Notes under the pieces: model-generated
What the model saw: the letters and a program-made list of their open reading frames with translations, nothing else
Told to the model about the DNA's origin: nothing
Database searches by the model: none
Shown here: piece after piece, positions 1-9,503 of the stretch
How positions within the stretch are numbered: position 1 is the stretch's first letter
Layout: each line of letters starts with the position of its first letter
Assembly (NCBI GenBank): GCA_016841185.1
Contig: JAENZQ010000003.1
Location: 25,501 to 89,500, forward strand
Direction: 5' to 3'
From: Anaerovorax odorimutans
GTDB lineage: Bacteria > Bacillota > Clostridia > Peptostreptococcales > JAAYPU01
Length of the DNA stretch: 64,000 nt
Made by a program: the position numbers and the translations under genes

Positions 1-534
1 AGTTCCCGGTGATTCCAGTTCAACTTTAGGAAGCTTTGCAGTCTTTTCAAAGAGTGCCTCACTGGAAATCTTGAGTCCCGGAGCAATGGATCCTCCAAGA
101 AATTCTCCCTGCTTTGAAATCACTGTAAAAGTTGTAGCCGTCCCAAAGTCAACAACAATAAGCGGCCCTCCGTATTTGTCGTAAGCGGATACGGCATTTA
201 CGATCCTGTCTGAACCGATCAATTTCGGATTGTCATACTTGATAACCATTCCTGTTTTTATTCCCGGACCCACAACAATGGCTCTTTTATTAAAATATTT
301 CATAGACATATGCTGAAGTGTATAGACGACAGGAGGCACAACAGTTGAAATAATAATGTCATCTATATCCTTAATAGATAAGTCTTCATACTGAAAAAGC
401 TGGTGAACGATCATACCATATTCATCTGCACTTTTATTTCTATCTGTTTCCAGTCTCCAGTTCTGAATTAGTTTTTTTCCTTGAAAAACGCCTAATACAA
501 TATTAGTATTTCCTACGTCAAATGTTAGCAGCAT
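1..534 (-). CDS. coaX: Type III pantothenate kinase; C-terminus runs off the left edge of the window
   Basis: Not in the ORF track because it is edge-truncated. Manual minus-strand translation from the ATG at 532-534 gives [17 protein letters not shown]...[14 protein letters not shown]...GGSIAPG, which carries CoaX/ASKHA phosphate motifs. The GGAGG complement lies at 545-549. Confidence 0.85.
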   Translation of the reverse strand, partial: MLLTFDVGNTNIVLGVFQGKKLIQNWRLETDRNKSADEYGMIVHQLFQYEDLSIKDIDDIIISTVVPPVVYTLQHMSMKYFNKRAIVVGPGIKTGMVIKYDNPKLIGSDRIVNAVSAYDKYGGPLIVVDFGTATTFTVISKQGEFLGGSIAPGLKISSEALFEKTAKLPKVELESPGT

Positions 535-722
535 TATAATAAATCCTCCTTAGAAATATACCGATTTTCGTTGCAGGTGTTTTATGTATGCAGAATCCCG
601 TCTTAGACAAACCATCCTGAAATTTTATATATTCTTCGTGATATTCTTTCTCTCTTGATGTTTGTCTTATACTTCAATATATTATAAAGGTTCCATGATT
701 TTTGTCAAACATTTTCAATGGT

Positions 723-1709
723 TCAATCTGTATAATGATAGAGGCCTCTTACAGATACTTCACCGGAAATAATCTCAATTTCAGCACCTTTTTTATCTTC
801 CACGATCAAAGTACCTCTATCTGTTAAATCAACGGCTCTTCCTATTGTTTCATGTCCATTTTGTATAATCCTGACTTCCTTATGAAGCGTAGCAGAATAT
901 TTTTTGCATATGTCTATAATACCTTTAAGAGATTGGTCTTTTAAAAATTCAAGATAGTATTGATTAAAATATTTAACCGTCTCTTTGACGATTCGTTTTC
1001 TTGAAATATCCTTTCCCATATACTCCCTGATAGAAGTAGCCTTATCCCTTATTTCATCCGGAAAATCTTTAGAATGCTGATTTACGTTTATACCAATTCC
1101 TACAACGATATAATTGATGCTTTCAATTTCACCACTGAATTCTGTCAGGATACCGCATACTTTTTTGTTTCTTATCACAACATCATTAGGCCATTTTATT
1201 TTGACTTCACAATCCAATACAGAGGTAATTCCTTTTACAACTGCAGCTGCAGCCACTTGTGTTATCAGAATGGCATCCGCAGGCAAAATATCCGGCTTCA
1301 ATATTAAAGACATCCAAATACCTGTTCCTGAAAGGGACCGCCATTCTCTTCCCAATCTTCCCTTTCCTTTATACTGATTTTCTGCTAATACAATTGTGCC
1401 GTCCGGTTTTTCAGAAGCGACCCTTTTTGCATATTCATTGGTAGAATCAACTTCCTCCAGATATATATATTCCTTCCCTATCACCCATTCCTTGTCAAAA
1501 TCCAGATAAACCATATCTAAAGAATCAGGCATCGCTAATAGCCGATATCCTTTATTTGTAACAGATTCTATCTCATACCCTTCTTCCTTTAACTTATGAA
1601 TATACTTCCACACATTAGCACGGGTAATATGAAGTCTTTTACTTACCTCCTGTCCTGAAATAAAGTTGCCCTTGTTTTCTATTAATTCTTTTAAAATTTT
1701 CTCCTTCAT
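723..1709 (-). CDS. birA: Bifunctional biotin-[acetyl-CoA-carboxylase] ligase / biotin operon repressor
   Basis: 328 aa. N-terminal winged HTH (NFISGQEVSKRLHITRANVWKYI), ligase motif GKGRLGREW, and a C-terminal SH3-like tail. Confidence 0.9.
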   Translation of the reverse strand: MKEKILKELIENKGNFISGQEVSKRLHITRANVWKYIHKLKEEGYEIESVTNKGYRLLAMPDSLDMVYLDFDKEWVIGKEYIYLEEVDSTNEYAKRVASEKPDGTIVLAENQYKGKGRLGREWRSLSGTGIWMSLILKPDILPADAILITQVAAAAVVKGITSVLDCEVKIKWPNDVVIRNKKVCGILTEFSGEIESINYIVVGIGINVNQHSKDFPDEIRDKATSIREYMGKDISRKRIVKETVKYFNQYYLEFLKDQSLKGIIDICKKYSATLHKEVRIIQNGHETIGRAVDLTDRGTLIVEDKKGAEIEIISGEVSVRGLYHYTD

Positions 1710-1742
1710 GAGATATTTCTCCTAAAGTTTTTATTAAAATTG

Positions 1743-1772
1743 AAAAAAGGACAGTAGTATCATCTACCGTCC
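1743..1772 (-). terminator. Rho-independent terminator after the decarboxylase operon
   Basis: Stem 1749-1757 pairs with 1764-1772 (9 bp, one A.C mismatch). On the minus strand it is followed by a U6 tract (A43-A48 on plus). It lies 20 nt after the mmdB stop. Confidence 0.7.
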
Positions 1773-1791
1773 GTCCTGTTTAAATAATTAT

Positions 1792-2922
1792 TTATCCAAA
1801 AAGTGATAGCATGACGCCTGCTGCTACGGCAGAACCGATAACACCTGCTACATTAGGCCCCATGGCATGCATCAACAAGAAATTGCTTGGGTTTTCTTTT
1901 TGTCCCACTGTCTGGGATACACGGGCAGCCATGGGTACTGCAGATACACCGGCAGAACCAATCAGCGGGTTTATCGTCCCTCCGGATAATTTGTTCATCA
2001 GCTTCGCTAATAGCACACCGGCTGCTGTACCTACTGCAAATGCCAATACACCTAATACAATGATCTTGATGGTTTCAGGTGTCAGGAAATTTTCGGCTGT
2101 TGCAGAAGCTCCTACGGAAGTTCCGAGGAATATTGTAACAATATTAATCAATGCATTTGCAGCCGTATCGGATAATCGGTTGGTCACACCGCATTCTTTG
2201 AAAAGATTCCCTAACATCAGCATGCCGATCAAGGTGGCAGCTGGTGGTAATATCAGAGATACAACGATGGTTACCATAATAGGGAATATGACCTTTTCTT
2301 TTTTGGATACCGGTCTCAACTGATCCATTTTTATGACACGCTCTTTTTTGGTGGTAAGTGCTTTCATTATCGGTGGCTGTATGATCGGTACTAAAGCCAT
2401 GTAGGAATATGCGGCTACTGCAATTGCACCAAGAAGTTCCGGTGCCAGTTTGGATGCCAGAAATATGGCTGTAGGTCCGTCTGCCCCGCCAATAATACCT
2501 ATGGCGCCTGCTTGTTTGGCTGTAAAGTTTAATAAAATTGCACCGAGAAATGTTGTGAAAATTCCAAACTGTGCCGCTGCACCCAACAAAAGTGATTTGG
2601 GGTTTGCAATAAGAGGTCCGAAGTCTGTCATTGCACCTACTCCCATGAAAATGATGGGCGGGAATATCCCCAGTTCATCTCCCTGATAAAAGTACCAAAG
2701 CAATCCGCCCGGATCGTGTCCGCTATGTGCTTTCATCATTTCAGCCAAAGGCAGGTTGGTAAGCATCATACCAAAAGCAATGGGTACAAGTAATAAGGGT
2801 TCAAAACCTTTTCCTATGGCCAGATACAATAAAACAAGGGAAATCAATATCATAATACCGTGCTGCCATGTAAATGCACTGAAGCCTGTACTATTCAAAA
2901 AATTAATAATAACTTGTTGCAT
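1792..2922 (-). CDS. mmdB: Na+-translocating decarboxylase beta subunit (integral membrane; OadB/GcdB/MmdB family)
   Basis: 376 aa and polytopic. The protein is full-length similar to the OadB family as I remember it, and the gene is last in an operon with a carboxyltransferase and a BCCP. Confidence 0.85.
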   Translation of the reverse strand: MQQVIINFLNSTGFSAFTWQHGIMILISLVLLYLAIGKGFEPLLLVPIAFGMMLTNLPLAEMMKAHSGHDPGGLLWYFYQGDELGIFPPIIFMGVGAMTDFGPLIANPKSLLLGAAAQFGIFTTFLGAILLNFTAKQAGAIGIIGGADGPTAIFLASKLAPELLGAIAVAAYSYMALVPIIQPPIMKALTTKKERVIKMDQLRPVSKKEKVIFPIMVTIVVSLILPPAATLIGMLMLGNLFKECGVTNRLSDTAANALINIVTIFLGTSVGASATAENFLTPETIKIIVLGVLAFAVGTAAGVLLAKLMNKLSGGTINPLIGSAGVSAVPMAARVSQTVGQKENPSNFLLMHAMGPNVAGVIGSAVAAGVMLSLFG

Positions 2923-2958
2923 CGTTTTGTCTCCTTTCTGAATTTTTTTGTTTTGAGA

Positions 2959-3357
2959 CTAACCGATAACAACCAGAACGTCTCCGGCATTTACGGATGC
3001 ACCTTTATTCACCTGCACGGATGAAACCGTACCATCTGCCGGTGCCATAATCTCATTTTCCATTTTCATGGCTTCTAATATAACCAGAACCTGTCCGTTT
3101 GAAACCTGATCCCCTTCTTTTACTTTTACATCTAAAACAGTTCCCGGCATAGGTGCCGTAACGGTATTACCTCCTGCAGGCGCAGGTGCTGCTTTCGGTG
3201 CCGCAGGTGCCGCCTTAGGTGCAGGCGCAGGTGCTGCTTTCGGTGCTGCAGGCGCAGGGGCTGCCTTAGGTGCAGGCGCAGGTGCAAAATCACCTCCGAC
3301 TTCTTCTACTTCTACTTCATAGCTTTTTCCATTAACGGTTATATTGTATTTTTTCAT
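2959..3357 (-). CDS. mmdC: Biotin carboxyl carrier subunit of the decarboxylase (gamma)
   Basis: 132 aa. It has an Ala/Pro-rich linker ([17 protein letters not shown]...) and a biotinyl-lysine motif EAMKMENEI in a C-terminal lipoyl-like domain. Confidence 0.9.
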   Translation of the reverse strand: MKKYNITVNGKSYEVEVEEVGGDFAPAPAPKAAPAPAAPKAAPAPAPKAAPAAPKAAPAPAGGNTVTAPMPGTVLDVKVKEGDQVSNGQVLVILEAMKMENEIMAPADGTVSSVQVNKGASVNAGDVLVVIG

Positions 3358-3393
3358 TGTAATCCTCCTATAACTTAGAAATAATATAATAAG

Positions 3394-3813
3394 TTAAAAG
3401 CGTCTGCTGTCCAATTGTTCATATTTTGCAACATTTGCCCAAGCAGGCATTCGCTCGGTTGATCTTTTTATGTTCCTGACCACAATGGTCTCAACCGGTT
3501 TTTTCAAACTTGCAGCAACGGCTGCTGTAATGACTGCAACAAGCTCTTCATCTTCATTATCTTTATTAATGGTTTGTTGAGTCTTCTGAGGTTCAACCTG
3601 CGGTGTCATAATCTTCTCTTCAGATTGCTTCTGGGGTCTGTGCAGCATTCGTGTCATCACACCAATCAACCCCCAAAGTATTATCAATACCGCAAATGTA
3701 ATTGCCATACCCAAAATTGCAACAATTAATGAACCTAATAACTTTTCAGAAGTACTCATTTGCTGTATGAGTTCGGGATCCGCAAATCTTTGCATTAAGC
3801 CTAATTTTTCCAC
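3394..3813 (-). CDS. Small membrane-anchor subunit of the Na+ decarboxylase (OadG/MmdD-like)
   Basis: 139 aa with one TM helix (LLGSLIVAILGMAITFAVLIILWGLIGVM). The EELVAVITAAVAA segment is typical of OadG-like proteins. The gene lies between the alpha and BCCP genes. Confidence 0.65.
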   Translation of the reverse strand: MEKLGLMQRFADPELIQQMSTSEKLLGSLIVAILGMAITFAVLIILWGLIGVMTRMLHRPQKQSEEKIMTPQVEPQKTQQTINKDNEDEELVAVITAAVAASLKKPVETIVVRNIKRSTERMPAWANVAKYEQLDSRRF

Positions 3814-3845
3814 TTTATCACCTCATTTCCGGACTTCAAATCTAT

Positions 3846-5387
3846 TTAAAGTGGTATATTTCCATGCTTCTTAGCAGGTAACGACTGTCTTTTAGAGGCC
3901 AGCATATCAAAAGCACTGACCAGTCTTGGTCTTGTTGTACTTGGTTCTACAACATCATCCACATAGCCCATTTCAGCTGCTTTATATGGATTGGCAAACC
4001 GATTCTTATAATCTTCTATTTTTTCCTGACGTTTTGCAACAGGATCATCTGCATTTTTAATATCGTTTTTGAATACGATATTTGCAGCCCCTTCCGGCCC
4101 CATAACCGCAATTTCGGCTGTCGGCCATGCAAAAACCATATCTGCTCCTAATTCTTTATTGCACATACCGATATAAGCGCCTCCATATGCTTTTCTGGTT
4201 ATAAGTGTTACCTTAGGAACAGTTGCCTCACTGTAAGCATACAGCATTTTAGCTCCATGACGGATAATACCGCCGTATTCCTGACCGGTCCCCGGAAGGA
4301 ATCCGGGTACATCAACGATATTTAAAATTGGAATATTAAAAGCATCACACCTTCTGATAAATCTCGCTGCTTTATCAGATGCATCAATATCAAGGCATCC
4401 TGCCAACACTTTCGGCTGATTAGCAATAACCCCAACTGTCTGACCATTGAGTCTTATAAAACAAGTTACCATATTCTTTGCATAGTGTGGCTGAACATCG
4501 CAAAGTTCATTATTATCCGCCAGCTTATGAATCACATCATATACATCATATGGCTTATTAGGATTGTCCGGAATAAAGGTATCCAGTTCAGGGATCAATC
4601 TGTTCAAATCATCGTCCGTTCCGTAAGCAGGAGGTATTTCCATGTTGTTCGATGGAAGATAGCTTAAAAGATTTCTGATCTGAGCAATACAGTCTTCATC
4701 ATCTGAAGCCATAAAATGAGCAACCCCGCTGATAGAATTATGTGTCATTGCGCCTCCAAGCTGTTCAGCAGATACATCTTCTCCCGTTACCGTTTTAATG
4801 ACCTGCGGCCCAGTAATAAACATCTGGCTTGTCTTGTCCACCATAAAAACAAAATCTGTTATTGCCGGAGAATATACTGCTCCACCGGCACACGGACCCA
4901 TAATAGCCGAAATTTGAGGTATAACGCCTGATGATATTGTATTTCGATAGAATATTTTACCGAAACCCGATAAAGCATTGACGCCCTCCTGAATTCTTGC
5001 ACCACCGGAATCATTCAATCCTACAACAGGTGCTCCGACTTTCAAGGCGTTATCTTGAACTTTGACAATTTTTTCGGCATGGTATTCACCCAAAGAACCG
5101 CCAAGAACCGTAAAGTCCTGAGCAAATGCATAAACAAGTCTGTCATCTACCATTCCATATCCTGTTACAACGCCTTCTCCGGGGGCTTCCGTTTCTGCCA
5201 TATTGAAGTTGGTACTTCGATGAATTACAAAAGCATCCAGCTCTACAAATGTACCTGCATCAAACAATAAGTTGAGTCTTTCTCTTGCCGTAAGCTTCCC
5301 CTTTTCATGCTGTGCTTCAATTCTTTTGGCTCCCCCGCCTTTGAGTATTTTTTCTTTTCTCCGGCGAAGTTCTTCAATTTTGCTCAT
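3846..5387 (-). CDS. mmdA: Methylmalonyl-CoA decarboxylase alpha subunit / acyl-CoA carboxyltransferase
   Basis: 513 aa. It is collinear with the propionyl-CoA carboxylase beta / 12S transcarboxylase family (GGGAKRIEAQHEKGKLTARERL, NDSGGARIQEG, MGPCAGGAVYSPA). Substrate is inferred from family and length, not proven. Confidence 0.85.
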   Translation of the reverse strand: MSKIEELRRRKEKILKGGGAKRIEAQHEKGKLTARERLNLLFDAGTFVELDAFVIHRSTNFNMAETEAPGEGVVTGYGMVDDRLVYAFAQDFTVLGGSLGEYHAEKIVKVQDNALKVGAPVVGLNDSGGARIQEGVNALSGFGKIFYRNTISSGVIPQISAIMGPCAGGAVYSPAITDFVFMVDKTSQMFITGPQVIKTVTGEDVSAEQLGGAMTHNSISGVAHFMASDDEDCIAQIRNLLSYLPSNNMEIPPAYGTDDDLNRLIPELDTFIPDNPNKPYDVYDVIHKLADNNELCDVQPHYAKNMVTCFIRLNGQTVGVIANQPKVLAGCLDIDASDKAARFIRRCDAFNIPILNIVDVPGFLPGTGQEYGGIIRHGAKMLYAYSEATVPKVTLITRKAYGGAYIGMCNKELGADMVFAWPTAEIAVMGPEGAANIVFKNDIKNADDPVAKRQEKIEDYKNRFANPYKAAEMGYVDDVVEPSTTRPRLVSAFDMLASKRQSLPAKKHGNIPL

Positions 5388-5578
5388 TTTTTAACCTCCT
5401 AAAGAATCATATAAATCCTTATAATATTTAACCATTAAAACTATATTTCTCAATACCGGCGGTAAAAATACCTTAAGTCCTGAAAAATACAATTTTCTCC
5501 CTATTCTCGTTAATATTACAACATTATTTTTTTTTTTTCAATGCTATTTATTATGTATACATGATTTTTTATAATATT

Positions 5579-6136
5579 TTAAAATTCCTTCTTGTATTTG
5601 TTTCTTCCTGAGTCATAAATACATTCTCCAAAGGTATCAATTGCAACAACTACGGGAAAATCTTTTACCGATAACTTCCGGACTGCTTCTGTTCCTAAAT
5701 CATCATATGCAATGATTTCAATGCCTTTGATTGAATTTGAAATCATTGCGCCGGCACCTCCAATTGCTGCAAAATAAACCGCTTTGTTTCTTTTTATTCC
5801 TTCAATAACCTCCGGACTTCGGAGCCCTTTGCCTATCATGCCCCTTAATCCCTGATCAAGAAGCGGGAGGGTCATCTTATCCATCCTGCTGCTGGTTGTC
5901 GGCCCGAAAGAACCCGATATATTTCCCGGTCTTTCCGGCGTGGGACCTGCATAATAGATAATAGAATCCTTTAATTCAAAGGGAAGTGTTTTCTTTTGTC
6001 TGATGTTATCAATCATCCTTAAGTGGGCTGCATCTCTTGCGGTATAAAGTGTTCCGGATATCAGGACCATATCGCCGCATTTCAGATTTACGGCTCTTTT
6101 TTCCGTTAAAGGTGTGTCCAGTATTATCTTTTCCAT
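5579..6136 (-). CDS. Class I Fe-S hydro-lyase beta subunit (fumarate hydratase / tartrate dehydratase type)
   Basis: 185 aa. Motifs GTLYTARDAAH, GPTTSSRMD and GKG match the C-terminal domain of class I fumarase. It is paired with the alpha subunit gene upstream. Confidence 0.85.
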   Translation of the reverse strand: MEKIILDTPLTEKRAVNLKCGDMVLISGTLYTARDAAHLRMIDNIRQKKTLPFELKDSIIYYAGPTPERPGNISGSFGPTTSSRMDKMTLPLLDQGLRGMIGKGLRSPEVIEGIKRNKAVYFAAIGGAGAMISNSIKGIEIIAYDDLGTEAVRKLSVKDFPVVVAIDTFGECIYDSGRNKYKKEF

Positions 6137-6260
6137 TAAATCACTCCTTTATTATACAATTTAAGCATATTGTATACACGATTCTTAAAGAAATTTTAGA
6201 TTTGTATAGTCTATTTTTTATATTCGTAATCGTCATTTAAGATTTTTAATAAAACTTAAA

Positions 6261-6416
6261 GAAGTTAGGGGGTAGAGGTTAGTGGTTAGAAATGAACAGA
6301 AATTCTTGCCAAAGGCAAGAGTTTCTACCTTATTAAACTTACACTTTCACTTTCACTTATACCTTCACTTATACTTATACTTACACCTTCTCTTACACTT
6401 TCACTTACACTTATAT
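6261..6416. repeat. Composite intergenic element, copy 1, between the fumarase alpha and beta genes
   Basis: It has a C-poor module gaagttagggggtagaggttagtggttag, a hairpin at 6298-6326 (agaaattcttgcc aaa ggcaagagtttct), and a 95-nt G-free tract at 6322-6416 made of cttacac/cacttata words. It shares the 13-mer acttacacttata (6403-6415) with 15567-15579. Confidence 0.8.
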
Positions 6417-7253
6417 GACGCTCTCTCTATGCCTTGCCACATGGCAGTTTATATTGACGGCAACAGGGAGTCCTGCAATATGGGTAGGGTAGTATTCCAT
6501 ATGAACGGCCATTGCTGTGCAGCTTCCGCCGAAACCCTGGGGTCCAATGCCTGATGCATTGATTCTCCCGAGGATATCCTTTTCAATCTCGCCATATGTC
6601 TGATTGGGATTCCGTTCCCCTAAAGGCCTGAGTAAAGCCTTTTTCGATAAAATTGCAGCCTTCTCCATTGTTCCGCCTACGCCGACGCCTACAATAACAG
6701 GAGGACATGGGTTAGGCCCTGCATCAGAGACCGTATCCACAACAAATTTAACAATACCCTCTTTTCCGTCAGACGGGTTCAGCATTTTGATCTTCCCCAT
6801 ATTCTCGCTGCCAAATCCTTTTGCCATTGCAGATATTTTTATCCGATTTCCGGGTACGATTTCATAATGGATGACTGCAGGTGTATTATCTTTTGTATTG
6901 ACACGTTCTAAAGGCTCTTTCACAACAGATTTTCTCAGATAGCCTTCCTGATATGCTTCCCTCACCCCTTGATTAACAGCCTCTTCAATAAACATATCTG
7001 TTAATGCTACCTCTTGACCAATTTGAAGGAATACAACGGCCATGCCCGTATCCTGACAAATGGGTATCTGTTTTTCTTTTGCTATGGCCAGATTATCAAG
7101 CAAATTTTCAAGGACTTCCCGGCCAATGGGGGATTCTTCTATTTCCCTTGTTTTATTAAGAAAGGCTTCCACATCATTTCCTAATTCATGGTTCATTTCT
7201 ATAAACATCTTTTTTATTTTTTCTTTGATCAATAAAGTACTGACTTCTCTCAT
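6411..7253 (-). CDS. Class I Fe-S hydro-lyase alpha subunit (fumarate hydratase type)
   Basis: 280 aa. CQDTG and the other Cys ligands are typical of the N-terminal domain of class I fumarases. Confidence 0.85.
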   Translation of the reverse strand: MREVSTLLIKEKIKKMFIEMNHELGNDVEAFLNKTREIEESPIGREVLENLLDNLAIAKEKQIPICQDTGMAVVFLQIGQEVALTDMFIEEAVNQGVREAYQEGYLRKSVVKEPLERVNTKDNTPAVIHYEIVPGNRIKISAMAKGFGSENMGKIKMLNPSDGKEGIVKFVVDTVSDAGPNPCPPVIVGVGVGGTMEKAAILSKKALLRPLGERNPNQTYGEIEKDILGRINASGIGPQGFGGSCTAMAVHMEYYPTHIAGLPVAVNINCHVARHRESVI

Positions 7254-7284
7254 TTTCCAATCACCTCAATTCATTTAAAATAAT

Positions 7285-7311
7285 TACCCCTTGAGAAGTT
7301 TTCTCAAGGGG
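7285..7311 (-). terminator. Rho-independent terminator after ftsH
   Basis: An 11-bp stem (accccttgaga / tctcaaggggt) with a 5-nt loop is followed on the minus strand by AAUUAUUUUAAAU. It starts 22 nt after the ftsH stop. Confidence 0.75.
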
Positions 7312-7332
7312 TTTATGAGTTCAATCATCTTA

Positions 7333-9306
7333 TTAGTCTTCGTCTTGGTCCTGTTCTTCCCGTGTATCTGATGAATCATTATCGGCTGTTTCATTGATTT
7401 CGCTGCTTTTTCCTTTATCAGCGTCTTTTTCCTCACTTTTTTTCTCTTTTGTTTCTTCTTGATCACTTCCGCTGTTTTCTTCAGTTTCGGAATCCTGGTT
7501 TTCTGTGAAAAAGGCTTCAAATTGATCTGCATCCAAAGTTTCGACTTCTAACAGTTTATTTGCTATTTGATGCAGTTTGTCAATATTCTCCGTAAGGATT
7601 GTTTCTGCCTTCTTATAGGCTTTTTCGATTAATTCCCTTATTTCCTTATCAATCTCGAAAGCTAAATCTTCCGAATAGTTCCGCCTTGTCGAGAAATCTT
7701 TTCCTAAAAATATCTCATCTGATGAACTGTAATTGACTGGGCCTAATCGATCACTCATACCGTATTTTGTAATCATTGCACGGGCAATATCCGTTGCTCT
7801 TTCCAGATCGTTGCTTGCTCCGGTGCTTATTTCATTCAGGACAAGATGCTCTGCTACACGGCCTCCAAGGAGATGGATGATACGTTCTTCCATATCGGTT
7901 TTTGTCGCATAATATTTTTCCTCTTTTGGCAGTATCATGGTAAAACCGCCTGCTCTTCCTCTTGGTATGATGGTAATCTGATGGACCGGATCCGTATTAG
8001 GCAGCATTCTTGCGACAAGTGCATGGCCTGCTTCGTGAAATGCCGTAAGCTTTTTCTCACTATCGCTGATGACCCTGCTTCTTTTTTCAGGTCCTGCAAT
8101 AACCTTTGTAATAGCTTCTTCAATAGTATCCATTTTAATGTATTTCCGGTTCTTTCTGGCAGTCAGTATAGCTGCCTCATTCATTAGATTCTCTATATCC
8201 GCAGGTGTAAAACCGGGCGTTCTTCTGGCTAAAACTTCCATTTCCACATCTTTGTCCAAAGGTTTATCCTTGGAATGTACCTTGAAAATCGCTTCTCTTC
8301 CTTTTATATCAGGTGCACCGACTACAACCTGACGGTCAAATCTACCGGGTCTCAGTAAAGCAGGGTCCAGAATATCCGGTCTGTTGGTGGCTGCAATGAT
8401 AATAATGCCTTCATTAACACCAAAACCGTCCATTTCAACAAGAAGCTGATTGAGCGTCTGTTCTCTTTCGTCATGACCGCCGCCGAGCCCGGCACCCCTT
8501 TTCCGGCCTACTGCATCAATTTCATCAATAAAAACGATACACGGCGAATTCTTCTTTGCCTGCTCGAAGAGATCACGTACTCTTGACGCACCTACGCCTA
8601 CAAACATTTCAACAAAATCCGAACCGCTGATACTGTAAAAGGGAACACCTGCTTCTCCGGCAGTCGCTTTTGAAAGGTAAGTCTTTCCTGTCCCCGGAGG
8701 CCCTACCATTAATATACCCTTTGGAATCCGCGCACCTAAATCAATATATTTTTTGGGATTTTTCAAAAAATCCACGATTTCTTCAAGTTCTTCCTTTTCT
8801 TCATCAAGACCTGCAACATCTTTAAAGGTTACCTTTTTCTGCTCATCCTCTTTGTGCAGCTTTGCTCTGCTCTTTCCAAAGGACATGACACGTCCTCCAC
8901 CCTGAGATTGCTGCATAAAAACAAACCAGAAAACGACAAAAATCAAAATCATAAAGATAGATGGTAAAATTTCTAAAATCCAGGGTGTTTTTGCCGGTGC
9001 CTGGCCGGACATTTCTATTTTTCCGTTTTCTACCTGAGGTAGAATATATTTATCAAATACGATATCCGGTTCCATAACAGATGGAACATAAGTCTCAAAT
9101 TGGCTGTTCGAAGACCTGATGGTTCCGGTTATTGTATTCTCCATTATATGAATGGACTTGATATTTTCATTTCCTAATTCAACAACAAACTTTGAAAAGC
9201 TGATTTTATCAATCGTCTGCGGAGGTTTTCCATACATATATACAATTGATAAAATGATCAAAAATATTAGAATATAAAAGCTTATTCCCCTGAAAAAGCT
9301 CTTCAA
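7333..9306 (-). CDS. ftsH: ATP-dependent zinc metalloprotease FtsH
   Basis: It has Walker A GPPGTGKT, the SRH region, zinc motif HEAGH, two N-terminal TM helices and an acidic/Ser-rich C-terminal tail. I prefer the TTG start at 9304-9306, preceded by AGAGGAGGG, which gives [13 protein letters not shown]. The ORF-track ATG at 9339 is the alternative. Confidence 0.9.
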   Translation of the reverse strand: MKSFFRGISFYILIFLIILSIVYMYGKPPQTIDKISFSKFVVELGNENIKSIHIMENTITGTIRSSNSQFETYVPSVMEPDIVFDKYILPQVENGKIEMSGQAPAKTPWILEILPSIFMILIFVVFWFVFMQQSQGGGRVMSFGKSRAKLHKEDEQKKVTFKDVAGLDEEKEELEEIVDFLKNPKKYIDLGARIPKGILMVGPPGTGKTYLSKATAGEAGVPFYSISGSDFVEMFVGVGASRVRDLFEQAKKNSPCIVFIDEIDAVGRKRGAGLGGGHDEREQTLNQLLVEMDGFGVNEGIIIIAATNRPDILDPALLRPGRFDRQVVVGAPDIKGREAIFKVHSKDKPLDKDVEMEVLARRTPGFTPADIENLMNEAAILTARKNRKYIKMDTIEEAITKVIAGPEKRSRVISDSEKKLTAFHEAGHALVARMLPNTDPVHQITIIPRGRAGGFTMILPKEEKYYATKTDMEERIIHLLGGRVAEHLVLNEISTGASNDLERATDIARAMITKYGMSDRLGPVNYSSSDEIFLGKDFSTRRNYSEDLAFEIDKEIRELIEKAYKKAETILTENIDKLHQIANKLLEVETLDADQFEAFFTENQDSETEENSGSDQEETKEKKSEEKDADKGKSSEINETADNDSSDTREEQDQDED

Positions 9307-9503
9307 TCTGAGCCCTCCTCTCAACTGCCACTTTAGCATTTTATATTGGATACTTCCGTTTCCGCAAAATGTTTTACGGATAAGTCGGTTTTTCTATTCT
9401 CTGTTCATGAAATACAATGATCTTTAGCCAAGAACTCCGTTAATTTTACCACATATAGATTTGATATACAATAAAACTTCTTAGTTTTTATATTTTGTGA
9501 AAT

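Noticed and set aside
6282-6554. 90-aa plus-strand ORF (…LNLHFHFHLYLHLYLYLHLLLHFHLHLY…).
   Set aside because: Its sequence is simply the translation of the G-free word repeat, and it runs antisense into the fumarase alpha gene. It has no RBS, and the low-complexity His/Leu/Tyr pattern is an artefact of the cttacac repeat.
7284-7532. 82-aa Lys-rich minus-strand ORF overlapping the 3' end of ftsH in another frame.
   Set aside because: It is an alternative frame of the acidic, GA-rich FtsH tail coding sequence and spans the ftsH terminator. There is no independent support.
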